Source: Kiloniellaceae bacterium
Lineage (GTDB): Bacteria; Pseudomonadota; Alphaproteobacteria; Kiloniellales; Kiloniellaceae
Assembly (NCBI GenBank): GCA_048268885.1
Contig: JBLWUP010000028.1
Coordinates: 6,315 to 70,314 of the forward strand
Direction: 5' to 3'
DNA length: 64,000 nt
In this document: piece after piece, positions 9,942 through 18,435 of the stretch
Layout of the letters: every line of letters begins with the position of its first letter
Position numbering within the stretch: position 1 is the first letter of the stretch
Notes under the pieces: model-generated
Seen by the model: the letters and a program-made list of their open reading frames with translations, nothing else
Told to the model about the DNA's origin: nothing
The model's database searches: none
Translations under genes and position numbers: made by a program

Positions 9942-11558
9942 ATGACGAATGATTGGTGGCGGGGCGCGGTTTTTTATCAGATCTACCCGCGTAGCTTCCA
10001 GGATACGAACCACGATGGAGTCGGTGACCTGCCCGGTATTACCCAGCGCATGTCCTATGTGGCGCGTTTGGGAGTCGATGCGATCTGGATCTCGCCGTTC
10101 TTCAAGTCGCCGATGCACGACTACGGCTACGACGTGGAGGACTACCGCGCCGTCGATCCGCTGTTCGGCACGCTGGCGGACTTCGACGAACTGGTGCAGT
10201 CGGCGCATCGCCAGGGGCTGCGCGTACTGGTCGACATGGTGCTCAGCCACACCTCGGAGCGGCATGTCTGGTTCGAGGAAAGCCGCCGCGGTCCAGACAA
10301 CGCTCACGCCGACTGGTACGTCTGGGCCGACGCCCGGCCCGACGGCACGCCGCCCAACAACTGGCTGTCGATGTTCGGCGGTGTCGCCTGGACCTGGGAG
10401 CCGCGCCGCGAGCAGTATTACCTGCACAACTTCCTGCCCAGCCAGCCGGACCTCAATCTGCACAACCGCGACGTCCAGGACGCCCTGCTGGCGGAGTGCC
10501 AGTTCTGGCTCGACCGCGGCGTCGACGGCTTCAGGCTCGACGCCTGCAACTTCCTGACGCACGACCGCAGTCTGCGCGACAACCCGCCGCGCCCGGCCGG
10601 CACTCCGCCGACGGATGCGGTCAAGCCGGGCAATCCCTACAACTTTCAGCTCCACCGCTACGACAAGTCACAGCCCGAGACGGTCGACTTCCTGCGGCGC
10701 CTGCGCGAACTGACCGACAAGTATTCCGACGTCGTTCTGGTGGCCGAGATTGCCGACGACGACTCCATCGCCCGCATCGGCGAGTACGCCGGCCCCGGCG
10801 GGCCGCTGCACACCGGCTACTCCTTTGCGCTGCTCGGCGACGAGCTGGATCTGCACGTGCTGCGCCAAAACCTGGAAGCCTTCATGGACGAGGAGCGCCA
10901 GGGCTGGCCGGCCTGGGCCTTCTCCAATCACGACGTGGCGCGCGTCCTGACCCGCTGGGGCGGTCCGCAGGCGCCGGCGGCCTTCGCCAAGGCGCTGCTG
11001 TTCCTGCTGCTCAGCCTGCGCGGAACGGTGTTTATCTATCAGGGGGAGGAGCTCGGGCTCAGCGAGGTGGACGTGCCTTACGGTCAGATCGTCGATCCCT
11101 ACGGCCTGGCTTTCTATCCCGAGTTCAAGGGGCGCGACGGCTGCCGCACGCCGATGCCCTGGAGCGACACCGATCCCTTGGCGCATTTCTCCGACTGCGA
11201 GCCCTGGCTGCCGATCCCCAACGACCATATCGCCCACTGCGTCGCCGCGCAGGAGGCCGACGAGGACTCGATCCTGCACTTCGCCAAGCGGATGGTCGCG
11301 CTGCGCAAGGCGCGCCTGGCGCTGCGGCGCGGGCGCATACAGTTTCAGCAGGTCGAGGAACGCCAGGTCGTCTTCCTGCGGCGCACGGAGGAGGAAACCC
11401 TGCTGGTCGCGGTGAACCTGGCCGACGAAAGCGTCGCGCTGCGCTGGCAGGGCGGGGCGCTGACGCCGCTGAGCGACGTCACGGCCGGCGCCGTGATCGA
11501 CGCGGGCCAGCTGGAGCTGGCGCCCTACGGCGTCCTGGTGGCGGAGGTCGCCGCTTAA
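9942..11558 (+). CDS. GH13 alpha-glucosidase
   Basis: ATG 9942 with GGAG RBS; WWRGAVFYQIYPRSFQD, DHGYD-like HDYGYD, GVDGFRLDA, FSNHD, GRDGCRTPMPW. Confidence 0.9.
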   Translation: MTNDWWRGAVFYQIYPRSFQDTNHDGVGDLPGITQRMSYVARLGVDAIWISPFFKSPMHDYGYDVEDYRAVDPLFGTLADFDELVQSAHRQGLRVLVDMVLSHTSERHVWFEESRRGPDNAHADWYVWADARPDGTPPNNWLSMFGGVAWTWEPRREQYYLHNFLPSQPDLNLHNRDVQDALLAECQFWLDRGVDGFRLDACNFLTHDRSLRDNPPRPAGTPPTDAVKPGNPYNFQLHRYDKSQPETVDFLRRLRELTDKYSDVVLVAEIADDDSIARIGEYAGPGGPLHTGYSFALLGDELDLHVLRQNLEAFMDEERQGWPAWAFSNHDVARVLTRWGGPQAPAAFAKALLFLLLSLRGTVFIYQGEELGLSEVDVPYGQIVDPYGLAFYPEFKGRDGCRTPMPWSDTDPLAHFSDCEPWLPIPNDHIAHCVAAQEADEDSILHFAKRMVALRKARLALRRGRIQFQQVEERQVVFLRRTEEETLLVAVNLADESVALRWQGGALTPLSDVTAGAVIDAGQLELAPYGVLVAEVAA

Positions 11559-11989
11559 CCGGGATCGGCGGCGAAGCCCGCCGCCTCGATGCCGGCAACG
11601 GCACAGGCTTCGTCGTTGTCGGAGGTATCCCCCGTCACGCCGACCGCGCCGACGATGTGGCCCTCGGCGTCGCGCACCAGCACGCCGCCGGGCACCGGCA
11701 CCAGGGAACCCCCGGCCAGGCCGTTGATGGCTTGAATAAAGAACGGCTGCTGCTGCGCGCGCTCGAAAATCGCGCGCGACCCGAGGCCGAGGGAGATGGC
11801 GCCGCGCGCCTTGCCTTGGGCCACCTCGGGGCGGAGTGTCGAGGTGTCGTCCTGGCGGGCCAGCGCCTTCAGGTGGCCCCCGGCGTCCAGCACCGCGACG
11901 GTCAGCGGCTTCAGCTTCCTTTCCGCCGCCGTCTTCAAGGTGACGTCGATGATGGCTGTGGCCTGGGAAAGGCTGAGCGGCTCGGGCAT
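11555..11989 (-). CDS. GlcG/HbpS-family heme-binding protein (DUF336)
   Basis: VAVLDAGGHL, AQGKARGA, VPGGVLVRD..GAVGVTGDTSDNDEACA. Confidence 0.85.
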   Translation of the reverse strand: MPEPLSLSQATAIIDVTLKTAAERKLKPLTVAVLDAGGHLKALARQDDTSTLRPEVAQGKARGAISLGLGSRAIFERAQQQPFFIQAINGLAGGSLVPVPGGVLVRDAEGHIVGAVGVTGDTSDNDEACAVAGIEAAGFAADPG

Positions 11990-12010
11990 GGACCTGTCTC
12001 TCTGTTGCGC

Positions 12011-13297
12011 TCAGGCCGAGACGTCGGCTCTGGCGTCGGCTCTTGCTTCGGCGGTGGCGCCTTCTTCGACCATGCGGTCGATCTCGGCCGTCGAGTAGCC
12101 GACCTCGCTCAGGATCTCGCGGCTGTGCTGGCCGAGCAGCGGCGCGGGCCGCGCGACGCCGCCCGGGGTTCCCGAGAACTTCACCGGCAGGCCGATGGCC
12201 TTCACCGCTCCGGCGACGGGGTGCTGGGTCTCGACGATCATCTCGCGGGCCAGCGCCTGGGGATCCTGCTGCATCTCGCCGATGCTCAGCACCGGCCCGG
12301 CGGGGAAGCCGCCTTGCTCCAGGATGTGCAGCCAGTCGTCGGTGGACCTGGTCTCGAAGACCTTGTTGAGCTCCGCCTCCAGGGCTTCGCGGTTGGCCAT
12401 GCGCTTGTCGTTGGTCAGGAAGCGCGCGTCGTCGCGCAGCTCGCGGTGGTCGAGGATGTCGAGCAGGCGCTCCCAGTTCTTCTGGTTGGCGGCGCCGATG
12501 TTGATCCAGCCGTCCGCGGTCTTGAAGGCCTGGTAGGGCGCGTTCAGCGGATGCGCCGACCCCATGGCGCCCGGCGAGACGCCGGTGGCGAAGGCGATGG
12601 CCGACTGCCAGTAGGTATGGACGATGCCGGCCTCGAAGAGCGAGGTGTCGACCCGCTGGCCTTCGCCGGTCTGCAGCTTGCGGGCATAGGCCGCGGAAAC
12701 GCCCATGGCGCCCAGGATGCCGGCGGTGATGTCGGTGACCGGCGCGCCGACCTTCACGGGCGGGCGGCCCGGTCCCTCGCCGGTGATCGACATGAGCCCG
12801 GACATGCCCTGGGCGATGAGGTCGAAGCCGCCGCGCTCGGCATAGGGGCCCGTGCGCCCGAAGCCCGAGATCTCGCAGTAGATCAAACCGGGGTTGCGCG
12901 CCTTCAGGGTCTCGTAGCCGAGGCCGAGCTTCTCCATGGTGCCCTTGCGGTAGTTCTCGATCACCACGTCGGCCCGGTCGAGCAGGCGCAGCAGGGCCTC
13001 CTTGCCGTCTTCCTGCTTCAGGTCCAGGGCGATGCCGCGCTTGTTGCGGTTCATCATCATAAAGGCGGCCGGTTCGCCCTTGATGTCCGGCGGCAGCATG
13101 CGCCGCGTATCGTCGCCGGCCAGCTTTTCCACCTTGATGACCTCGGCGCCCATGTCGGCCAGCATCATGCCGCAGACCGGCCCGGCCATGATATGCGCCA
13201 GTTCGACGACTCGGCAGCCGGTGAGGGGGCCGGTTCTCTCCCCGCTCTGCTCACCGCTCTTCTGCCCGCTCTTCGCCCCGCTTTTCTCCTGGGGCAT
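12011..13297 (-). CDS. CaiB/BaiF family III CoA-transferase
   Basis: GPLTGCRVVELAHIMAGP, GAEVIKVE, NRNKRGIALDLK, ISGFGRTGP, GFDLIAQGMSG; N-terminal KSG(x) 12-nt repeat. Confidence 0.9.
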   Translation of the reverse strand: MPQEKSGAKSGQKSGEQSGERTGPLTGCRVVELAHIMAGPVCGMMLADMGAEVIKVEKLAGDDTRRMLPPDIKGEPAAFMMMNRNKRGIALDLKQEDGKEALLRLLDRADVVIENYRKGTMEKLGLGYETLKARNPGLIYCEISGFGRTGPYAERGGFDLIAQGMSGLMSITGEGPGRPPVKVGAPVTDITAGILGAMGVSAAYARKLQTGEGQRVDTSLFEAGIVHTYWQSAIAFATGVSPGAMGSAHPLNAPYQAFKTADGWINIGAANQKNWERLLDILDHRELRDDARFLTNDKRMANREALEAELNKVFETRSTDDWLHILEQGGFPAGPVLSIGEMQQDPQALAREMIVETQHPVAGAVKAIGLPVKFSGTPGGVARPAPLLGQHSREILSEVGYSTAEIDRMVEEGATAEARADARADVSA

Positions 13298-13298
13298 C

Positions 13299-14078
13299 TC
13301 AGCGGCCCTTCCAGTCGGGCTTGCGCTTGGCAAGAAAGGCCTCGAGGCCCTCGCGGAAGTCCTCGCTGGTGTAGCACAGGACGATCAGGTCCTCGTCGTC
13401 GACGTCCGCCGCCGCGGCATTGAGCCGGCGCAGCGCTTCCTTGGTCGCCCGCAGGGTGAGCGGCGCCTGCCCGGCGAGCTGCGCGGCGAGCTCCGTCGCG
13501 CGGGCCTCCACCGCCGCCTTGTCGTCCAGCAGCTCCGTCACCAGCCCCGCGGCAAAGGCTTCCTCGGCGCCGACCAGGCGGCTGGTGAAAATCACCTCCT
13601 TGGTGCGTCCGGCGCCGATGAGGGCGGAGAGGCGGGCGAGGTTGTTGGCCGAAAGGCAATTGCCGAGAGTGCGCGCGATGGGAAAGCCGAACTTCAGGTC
13701 GCGCGCGGCGATGCGGATGTCGCAGGCCGCGGCGATGCCGGCGCCGCCGCCGGTGCAGGCCCCGGCCAGGGCGGCCACGGTGGGCAGCGGGCAGCGCTCC
13801 ACCGCCGTCAGCACCTTGTCGATGCGCTGCTCGTACTGAATTGCGTCTTCCGGAGACTTGAAGTCGCGAAACTGGGCGATGTCGGTGCCGGCGGCGAAGG
13901 CCTTGTCGCCGGCACCGCAGACCACCAGGGCCTTGGCCTCGCCCTTGGCGGGAGCGGTCTCGCAGATCTCCGCGAGGCCCTCGTACATGGCGAAGGTCAG
14001 GGCGTTGCGCGCCTGCGGCCGGTTGAAGGTGACGAAGCCGACGCCGTCGCGCACTTCGTAGAGCAGTTCGTCGCTCAT
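13299..14078 (-). CDS. Enoyl-CoA hydratase/isomerase family protein
   Basis: TFNRPQARNAL, AFAAGTDI, GACTGGGAGIAAACDIR, SEDFREGLEAFLAKRKP. Confidence 0.9.
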   Translation of the reverse strand: MSDELLYEVRDGVGFVTFNRPQARNALTFAMYEGLAEICETAPAKGEAKALVVCGAGDKAFAAGTDIAQFRDFKSPEDAIQYEQRIDKVLTAVERCPLPTVAALAGACTGGGAGIAAACDIRIAARDLKFGFPIARTLGNCLSANNLARLSALIGAGRTKEVIFTSRLVGAEEAFAAGLVTELLDDKAAVEARATELAAQLAGQAPLTLRATKEALRRLNAAAADVDDEDLIVLCYTSEDFREGLEAFLAKRKPDWKGR

Positions 14079-14087
14079 GAGTTCATC

Positions 14088-15368
14088 CTACCTGTAGAAG
14101 TATTCGACCAGGAACATCGGAATGGCCGGCACGTAGGTGCAGAGCAGCAGCACCGTCAGCAGCACCGCGACGAACCAGACGTTCACCTTGGAGACTTCCC
14201 AGATGTTGGCCTTGGCCACGGAGCAAGCGGTGATGAGCACGCTGGCCACCGGCGGGGTCTGCTGGCCGATGGCGAGGTTCAGGGTCACCACCAGGCCGAA
14301 ATGTACCGGGTCGATGCCGGCGGCCGCAATCAGCGGGATGACGATGGGCACCACCAGGATGATCGCCGCCGCCGAGTGCAGGAAGAAGCCGATGATCAGG
14401 AAGAAGACGTTGAGAATCAGCAGGATGACGTACTTGTTGTCGGTGAAGTCGAGGATCGCCGACGCTAGGTCCTGCGGCACCTGGGCGCGGGTCAGGAAGC
14501 CGCCCATGAGGACGGAAGAGGCGACCAGCAGCATGACCACGGCGGTCTGGATGCCGCCGTCCAGCATGGCCCGCTTCAGGTGGCGGATGTCGATTTGCCG
14601 GTACCAGATGCCGACGAGCAGGGCGGCGATCACGGCCAGGCCCGCGGCCTCGGTCGCGGTGACGAAGCCCCCGAAGATGCCGCCCAGGATGATGACCGGC
14701 AGGGTGAAGGCGGGCAGGGCCTCGACGAAGGTCCGCCGCAGGCGCGCCATCTCGAAAGCATCCTCGACCGGCAGGTTATAGCGCCGCGCGAAGGCGTAGG
14801 CGACGCCCATCAGGCCGGCGGCGCCGAGCAGGCCCGGCACCACGCCGGCCACGAAAAGTTGCTCCACCGAAGTTCCCGCCGAGACGGCGTAGAGGATCAT
14901 CGGGATCGACGGCGGGATGATGATCGCGAGCGACGCCGAGGAGGAGGTGACGGCGGCGGCCAGCGGCGCGCTGTAGCCGCGCTTTTTCATCTGCGGGATG
15001 AGGATCGAGCCCAGCGCCGCCACGTCGGCCACGGCACTGCCGGAGATCTCCGCGAAGAACAGCGACACGCCGATGTTGATCATGGCGAGGCCGCCGCGCA
15101 CGAAGCCGATGAGGGCGGAGACGAAGTTGATCAGCCGGTCGGTGATGCCGCCGGCGTTCATGATGGCGCCGGCCAGCACGAACATCGGAATGGCGATGAG
15201 CGAGAACTTGGTCGAGCCGTCGTACATGTCGAGCGCGACGGTGACCAGGCTGCCGGTGCCTTCCGTGGCGACCAGGCCGATGACGGCGGAGACGGCGAGC
15301 GCGACGGCGATCGGCACGTTGAGGCAGATCATCAGCACCAGGGCCGCGAAGATGACGAACATCAACAT
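14088..15368 (-). CDS. dctM: TRAP transporter large permease DctM
   Basis: IPMFVLAG, SGSAVAD, IIIPPSIPMILY, TATEAA, IGQQTPPV. Confidence 0.92.
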   Translation of the reverse strand: MLMFVIFAALVLMICLNVPIAVALAVSAVIGLVATEGTGSLVTVALDMYDGSTKFSLIAIPMFVLAGAIMNAGGITDRLINFVSALIGFVRGGLAMINIGVSLFFAEISGSAVADVAALGSILIPQMKKRGYSAPLAAAVTSSSASLAIIIPPSIPMILYAVSAGTSVEQLFVAGVVPGLLGAAGLMGVAYAFARRYNLPVEDAFEMARLRRTFVEALPAFTLPVIILGGIFGGFVTATEAAGLAVIAALLVGIWYRQIDIRHLKRAMLDGGIQTAVVMLLVASSVLMGGFLTRAQVPQDLASAILDFTDNKYVILLILNVFFLIIGFFLHSAAAIILVVPIVIPLIAAAGIDPVHFGLVVTLNLAIGQQTPPVASVLITACSVAKANIWEVSKVNVWFVAVLLTVLLLCTYVPAIPMFLVEYFYR

Positions 15369-15371
15369 GCT

Positions 15372-15914
15372 TCAGCGGCTCCCTGCCTGCTTGAGTTCGT
15401 GTTCGACTTCCTGTTCGATCTCGGCGTGCTCAAGCGATATGCCGGCGGCGGTCATGCGCCAGTAGTTCGGCAGGCTGATGAGCTCGCAGAGGATGAAGAG
15501 GGCGCCGCCGATGGGGATGACCGACTGGGTCAGCTGGATCGGGACCCAGGTGAGGGAGATGAGATAGCTGCCTTGCAGCACGTTCAGCACCTCCATGCCC
15601 GCCCAGGTCATGATGGCGAAGAAGCCGATGACGGTGATTTCCGCCAAGGCCACCGCGACCATGCGCGCCGGCATGGGAACGGCCAGCAGGACGCTGTCGA
15701 AGCCGATGTGGCTGCGCTTCAGCGCCGCCAGGGCCGCGCCGTAGTAGGTGATCCAGGCGAGCTGGATGGCGGCGATCTCGTCGTACCAGGACAGCGAATT
15801 GTTGGCGAGGCGATAGAGCACCGCCACGATGACCACCACGGAGAGCGAGACCATCAGGATGATGGTGATCCACTCCAGCAGCCATTCCAGGGTTTTATGG
15901 GCCGCCCTCAGCAT
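15372..15914 (-). CDS. dctQ: TRAP transporter small permease DctQ
   Basis: Four TM helices, SWYDEIAAI..W..Y.GAALA..R.SHI. Confidence 0.88.
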   Translation of the reverse strand: MLRAAHKTLEWLLEWITIILMVSLSVVVIVAVLYRLANNSLSWYDEIAAIQLAWITYYGAALAALKRSHIGFDSVLLAVPMPARMVAVALAEITVIGFFAIMTWAGMEVLNVLQGSYLISLTWVPIQLTQSVIPIGGALFILCELISLPNYWRMTAAGISLEHAEIEQEVEHELKQAGSR

Positions 15915-16011
15915 CGGCAGGCAAACTCCTCAACGCGCCGCCCGTGACCTTGCTTGCACGGGCGCGACAAATCACGCCGGCCGGGGCCGGCACAGTACTG
16001 CAGGAAAGAAG

Positions 16012-16040
16012 AAGCCCGGGACCGTAGGGGCCCCGGGCTT
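16012..16040 (-). terminator. Hairpin/intrinsic terminator after dctP
   Basis: AAGCCCGGG...CCCGGGCTT followed on the minus strand by CTTCTTTCC. Confidence 0.55.
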
Positions 16041-16051
16041 GGATCAGGCCG

Positions 16052-17035
16052 TCAGGAGCCTTCGCCGAGCTTCAGCACGGTGTCGATCATCTCCTGTCCG
16101 CCGTCGATGGAGGAGGCGAACTCGGTGTAGATCGGCTTGGAAGCCTCGATGAAGGCGTCCTTGTCGGCGACGTTCACCTGGATGCCGCCGGCCTTCAGCT
16201 TCTCCAGCAGGTCCGTCTCAAGCTGCGCGGCCGTCTTGTAGACGAAGTCCTGCGTCGAGCTGGCGCATTTTGTCAGCTCAGCCTGGACGTCGTCCGGCAG
16301 GGCCGAGAAGTGCTTGTCGGAGACCAGCAGGTAGGCCGGCGTGTAGACGTGGCCGGTGATCGAGAGGTACTTCTGCACCTCCTGGAACTTGGCCGACCAG
16401 ATCTGCGCGTAGGGGTTCTCCTGGCCGTCGATGACGCCCGTCTGCAGCGCCGTGAAGACCTCGGAGAAGGCCATCGGCGTCGGGTTGGCGCCGTACAGCT
16501 GGAACATCTTCACCCGCCAGGCGCCCTTGGGCGTGCGCAGCTTGATGCCGTCCAGGTCGGCCGGCTTGTTGATCGGCCGGGTATTGTTGGTGATGTTGCG
16601 GAAGCCGTTCTCCCAGACACCGAGGATGCGGTAGCCTTTGGCCTTGACCGCCGGTTGCAGCTTGCTCTCCAGGATTGCGCCCTGGACCCGCTTCATGTGT
16701 TCGCGGCTTTTGATGATGTAGGGCATCTCGAAGACGCCGAATTCGTCGGCGACCGACGACATGACCGAAGAGGGCAGGGAAAAGGTCACCTGGCCGAGCT
16801 TCAGTTTCTGCAGCAACTCGCTGTCCTTGCCGAGCTGCGAGGAGCCGAAGACCTGCACCTCCGCCTTGTCGCCCAGCGCCGCGTTGGAGCAGCGGGCGAA
16901 TTCGTTGGCGCTGGCTTCGAAGAGCGAGCCCGGCGCGCCGACATGGCCGAACTTCAGGGTCAGATCTGCGGCCGCGGCCGGGCTGGCGAGCAGCCCCGTA
17001 ACGGCAACGGCACTTACGAATCCAAGAACTTTCAT
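16052..17035 (-). CDS. dctP: TRAP transporter substrate-binding protein DctP
   Basis: Signal peptide; WENGFRNIT, DLDGIKLRTP, GANPTPMAFSEVFTALQTGVIDGQENP. Confidence 0.92.
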   Translation of the reverse strand: MKVLGFVSAVAVTGLLASPAAAADLTLKFGHVGAPGSLFEASANEFARCSNAALGDKAEVQVFGSSQLGKDSELLQKLKLGQVTFSLPSSVMSSVADEFGVFEMPYIIKSREHMKRVQGAILESKLQPAVKAKGYRILGVWENGFRNITNNTRPINKPADLDGIKLRTPKGAWRVKMFQLYGANPTPMAFSEVFTALQTGVIDGQENPYAQIWSAKFQEVQKYLSITGHVYTPAYLLVSDKHFSALPDDVQAELTKCASSTQDFVYKTAAQLETDLLEKLKAGGIQVNVADKDAFIEASKPIYTEFASSIDGGQEMIDTVLKLGEGS

Positions 17036-17117
17036 TATTTCCTCCCCAGGGTTTCTGTTTCTCGTTATCGCGTTTCTGCGCGGGTGTTTATTGGTTTTGG
17101 GTTACTCGGTTGTCAGA

Positions 17118-18305
17118 TTACTCGGCGGCACCCTCCGCCAAGGACTGGTCCTGGCCGGAAAGATAGCCGAGGGCCGCTTGCACCCCACCGCGGCGGTAGG
17201 GAATGCCGGACAGCTCCAGGCCCATCTCCACGCCGGAGAGGGTGCCCATGAGCATGAGATCGTTGAAGTCGCCGAGATGGCCGATGCGGAACACCTTGTC
17301 GGCGATCTTGGAGAGGCCGTTGCCCAGCGACATGTCGAAGTGTTCCAGCGTCACCTTGCGGAAGTTGTCGGCGCTGTGCCCCTCGGGCACCAGCACCGCG
17401 GTCAGCGAGCCGGAATAGTGGCGCGGGTTCTTGCACAGCACCTCCAGGCCCCAGGCGCGCACGGCGCGCCGCGTGGCTTCGGCATGGCGGTTGTGGCGCG
17501 CGAAGACGTTGTCCAGGCCTTCCTCTTGCAGCATGTCGACCGCCTCGGCCAGGCCGTACAGCAGGTTGGTGGCCGGGGTGTAGGGAAAGAAGCCCTGTCC
17601 GTTGGGGCCTTCCATTTCGTCCCACGACCAGTAGGAGCGCGGCAGCTTGGCGGTCTTGGAGGCCGCCAGCGCCTTCTCGCTCACCGCGTTGAAGGAGAGG
17701 CCCGGCGGCAGCATGAGGCCTTTCTGCGAGCCGGCCACGGTCACGTCCACGCCCCATTCGTCGTGGCGGTAGTCGATGGAGGCCAGCGAGGAGATGGTGT
17801 CGACCATCAGCAGCGCCGGGTGGCCGGCCTCGTCGATGGCCTTGCGCACCTCGTCGATGCGGCTGGTGCAGCCGGTCGAGGTCTCGTTGTGGACGACGCA
17901 GACCGCTTTGATGTCGTGGCTCTTGTCCTCGGCCAGGCGCGCGCCGATGGCCGCCGGGTCGGCGCCGCTGCGCCAGTCGCCGGCGATGAACTCCGGCACG
18001 ATGCCGAGACGCTCGGCCAGGCCCTTCCACAGGGTGGCGAAGTGGCCGGTCTCGAACATCAGCACCCGGTCGCCGGGGGAGAGGGTGTTCACCAGCGCCG
18101 CTTCCCAGGCGCCGGTGCCGGAGGCCGGGTAGATCACCACGCGGCCATCGGTCTTGAAGACCGAGCGCATGCCCGCGAGCACGCGCTGACCCAGCTCACC
18201 GAACTTCGGCCCGCGGTGGTCCATGGTCGGCAGGTCCATGGCCCGAAGGACACGATCCGGCACGTTGGTGGGACCCGGAATCTGAAGAAAATGACGCCCT
18301 GGCAT
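17118..18305 (-). CDS. Class V PLP aminotransferase, serine-glyoxylate aminotransferase-like
   Basis: HFLQIPGPTNVP, VHNETSTG, VDTISS, GSQKGLMLPPG (PLP Lys), FRIGHLG. Confidence 0.88.
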   Translation of the reverse strand: MPGRHFLQIPGPTNVPDRVLRAMDLPTMDHRGPKFGELGQRVLAGMRSVFKTDGRVVIYPASGTGAWEAALVNTLSPGDRVLMFETGHFATLWKGLAERLGIVPEFIAGDWRSGADPAAIGARLAEDKSHDIKAVCVVHNETSTGCTSRIDEVRKAIDEAGHPALLMVDTISSLASIDYRHDEWGVDVTVAGSQKGLMLPPGLSFNAVSEKALAASKTAKLPRSYWSWDEMEGPNGQGFFPYTPATNLLYGLAEAVDMLQEEGLDNVFARHNRHAEATRRAVRAWGLEVLCKNPRHYSGSLTAVLVPEGHSADNFRKVTLEHFDMSLGNGLSKIADKVFRIGHLGDFNDLMLMGTLSGVEMGLELSGIPYRRGGVQAALGYLSGQDQSLAEGAAE

Positions 18306-18398
18306 GCTTCCCCTATCGGCTCTTTTGGCCCTTTAGACCTACCCAGCCCAACCGCTTGGGCCGGGCACCAGACGCTTGCGCTACTGGGGTCTTTGTCG

Positions 18399-18426
18399 TT
18401 ATGAATTATGAATACAAAATACAAAA
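18399..18426. promoter_or_regulatory. Candidate GntR operator in the divergent promoter
   Basis: TTATGAA TTATGAA TACAAAA TACAAAA: two direct heptamers then two inverted ones (consensus TTWTGWA) in an AT-rich gap between divergent operons, one of which encodes a GntR. Confidence 0.55.
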
Positions 18427-18435
18427 CCGGGGCGA

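Noticed and set aside
7754-10655. N-terminal extensions of the ggpS (to 8329) and gpsA (to 10655) ORFs, suggesting fusions
   Set aside because: They overlap real genes (HAD, GH13); true starts with RBS or coupling are at 7753 and 9587
13241-13288. 12-nt in-frame repeats at the N-termini of the CoA-transferase and of futB (about 60680-60725)
   Set aside because: Frame-preserving low-complexity leader expansions; no evidence of function
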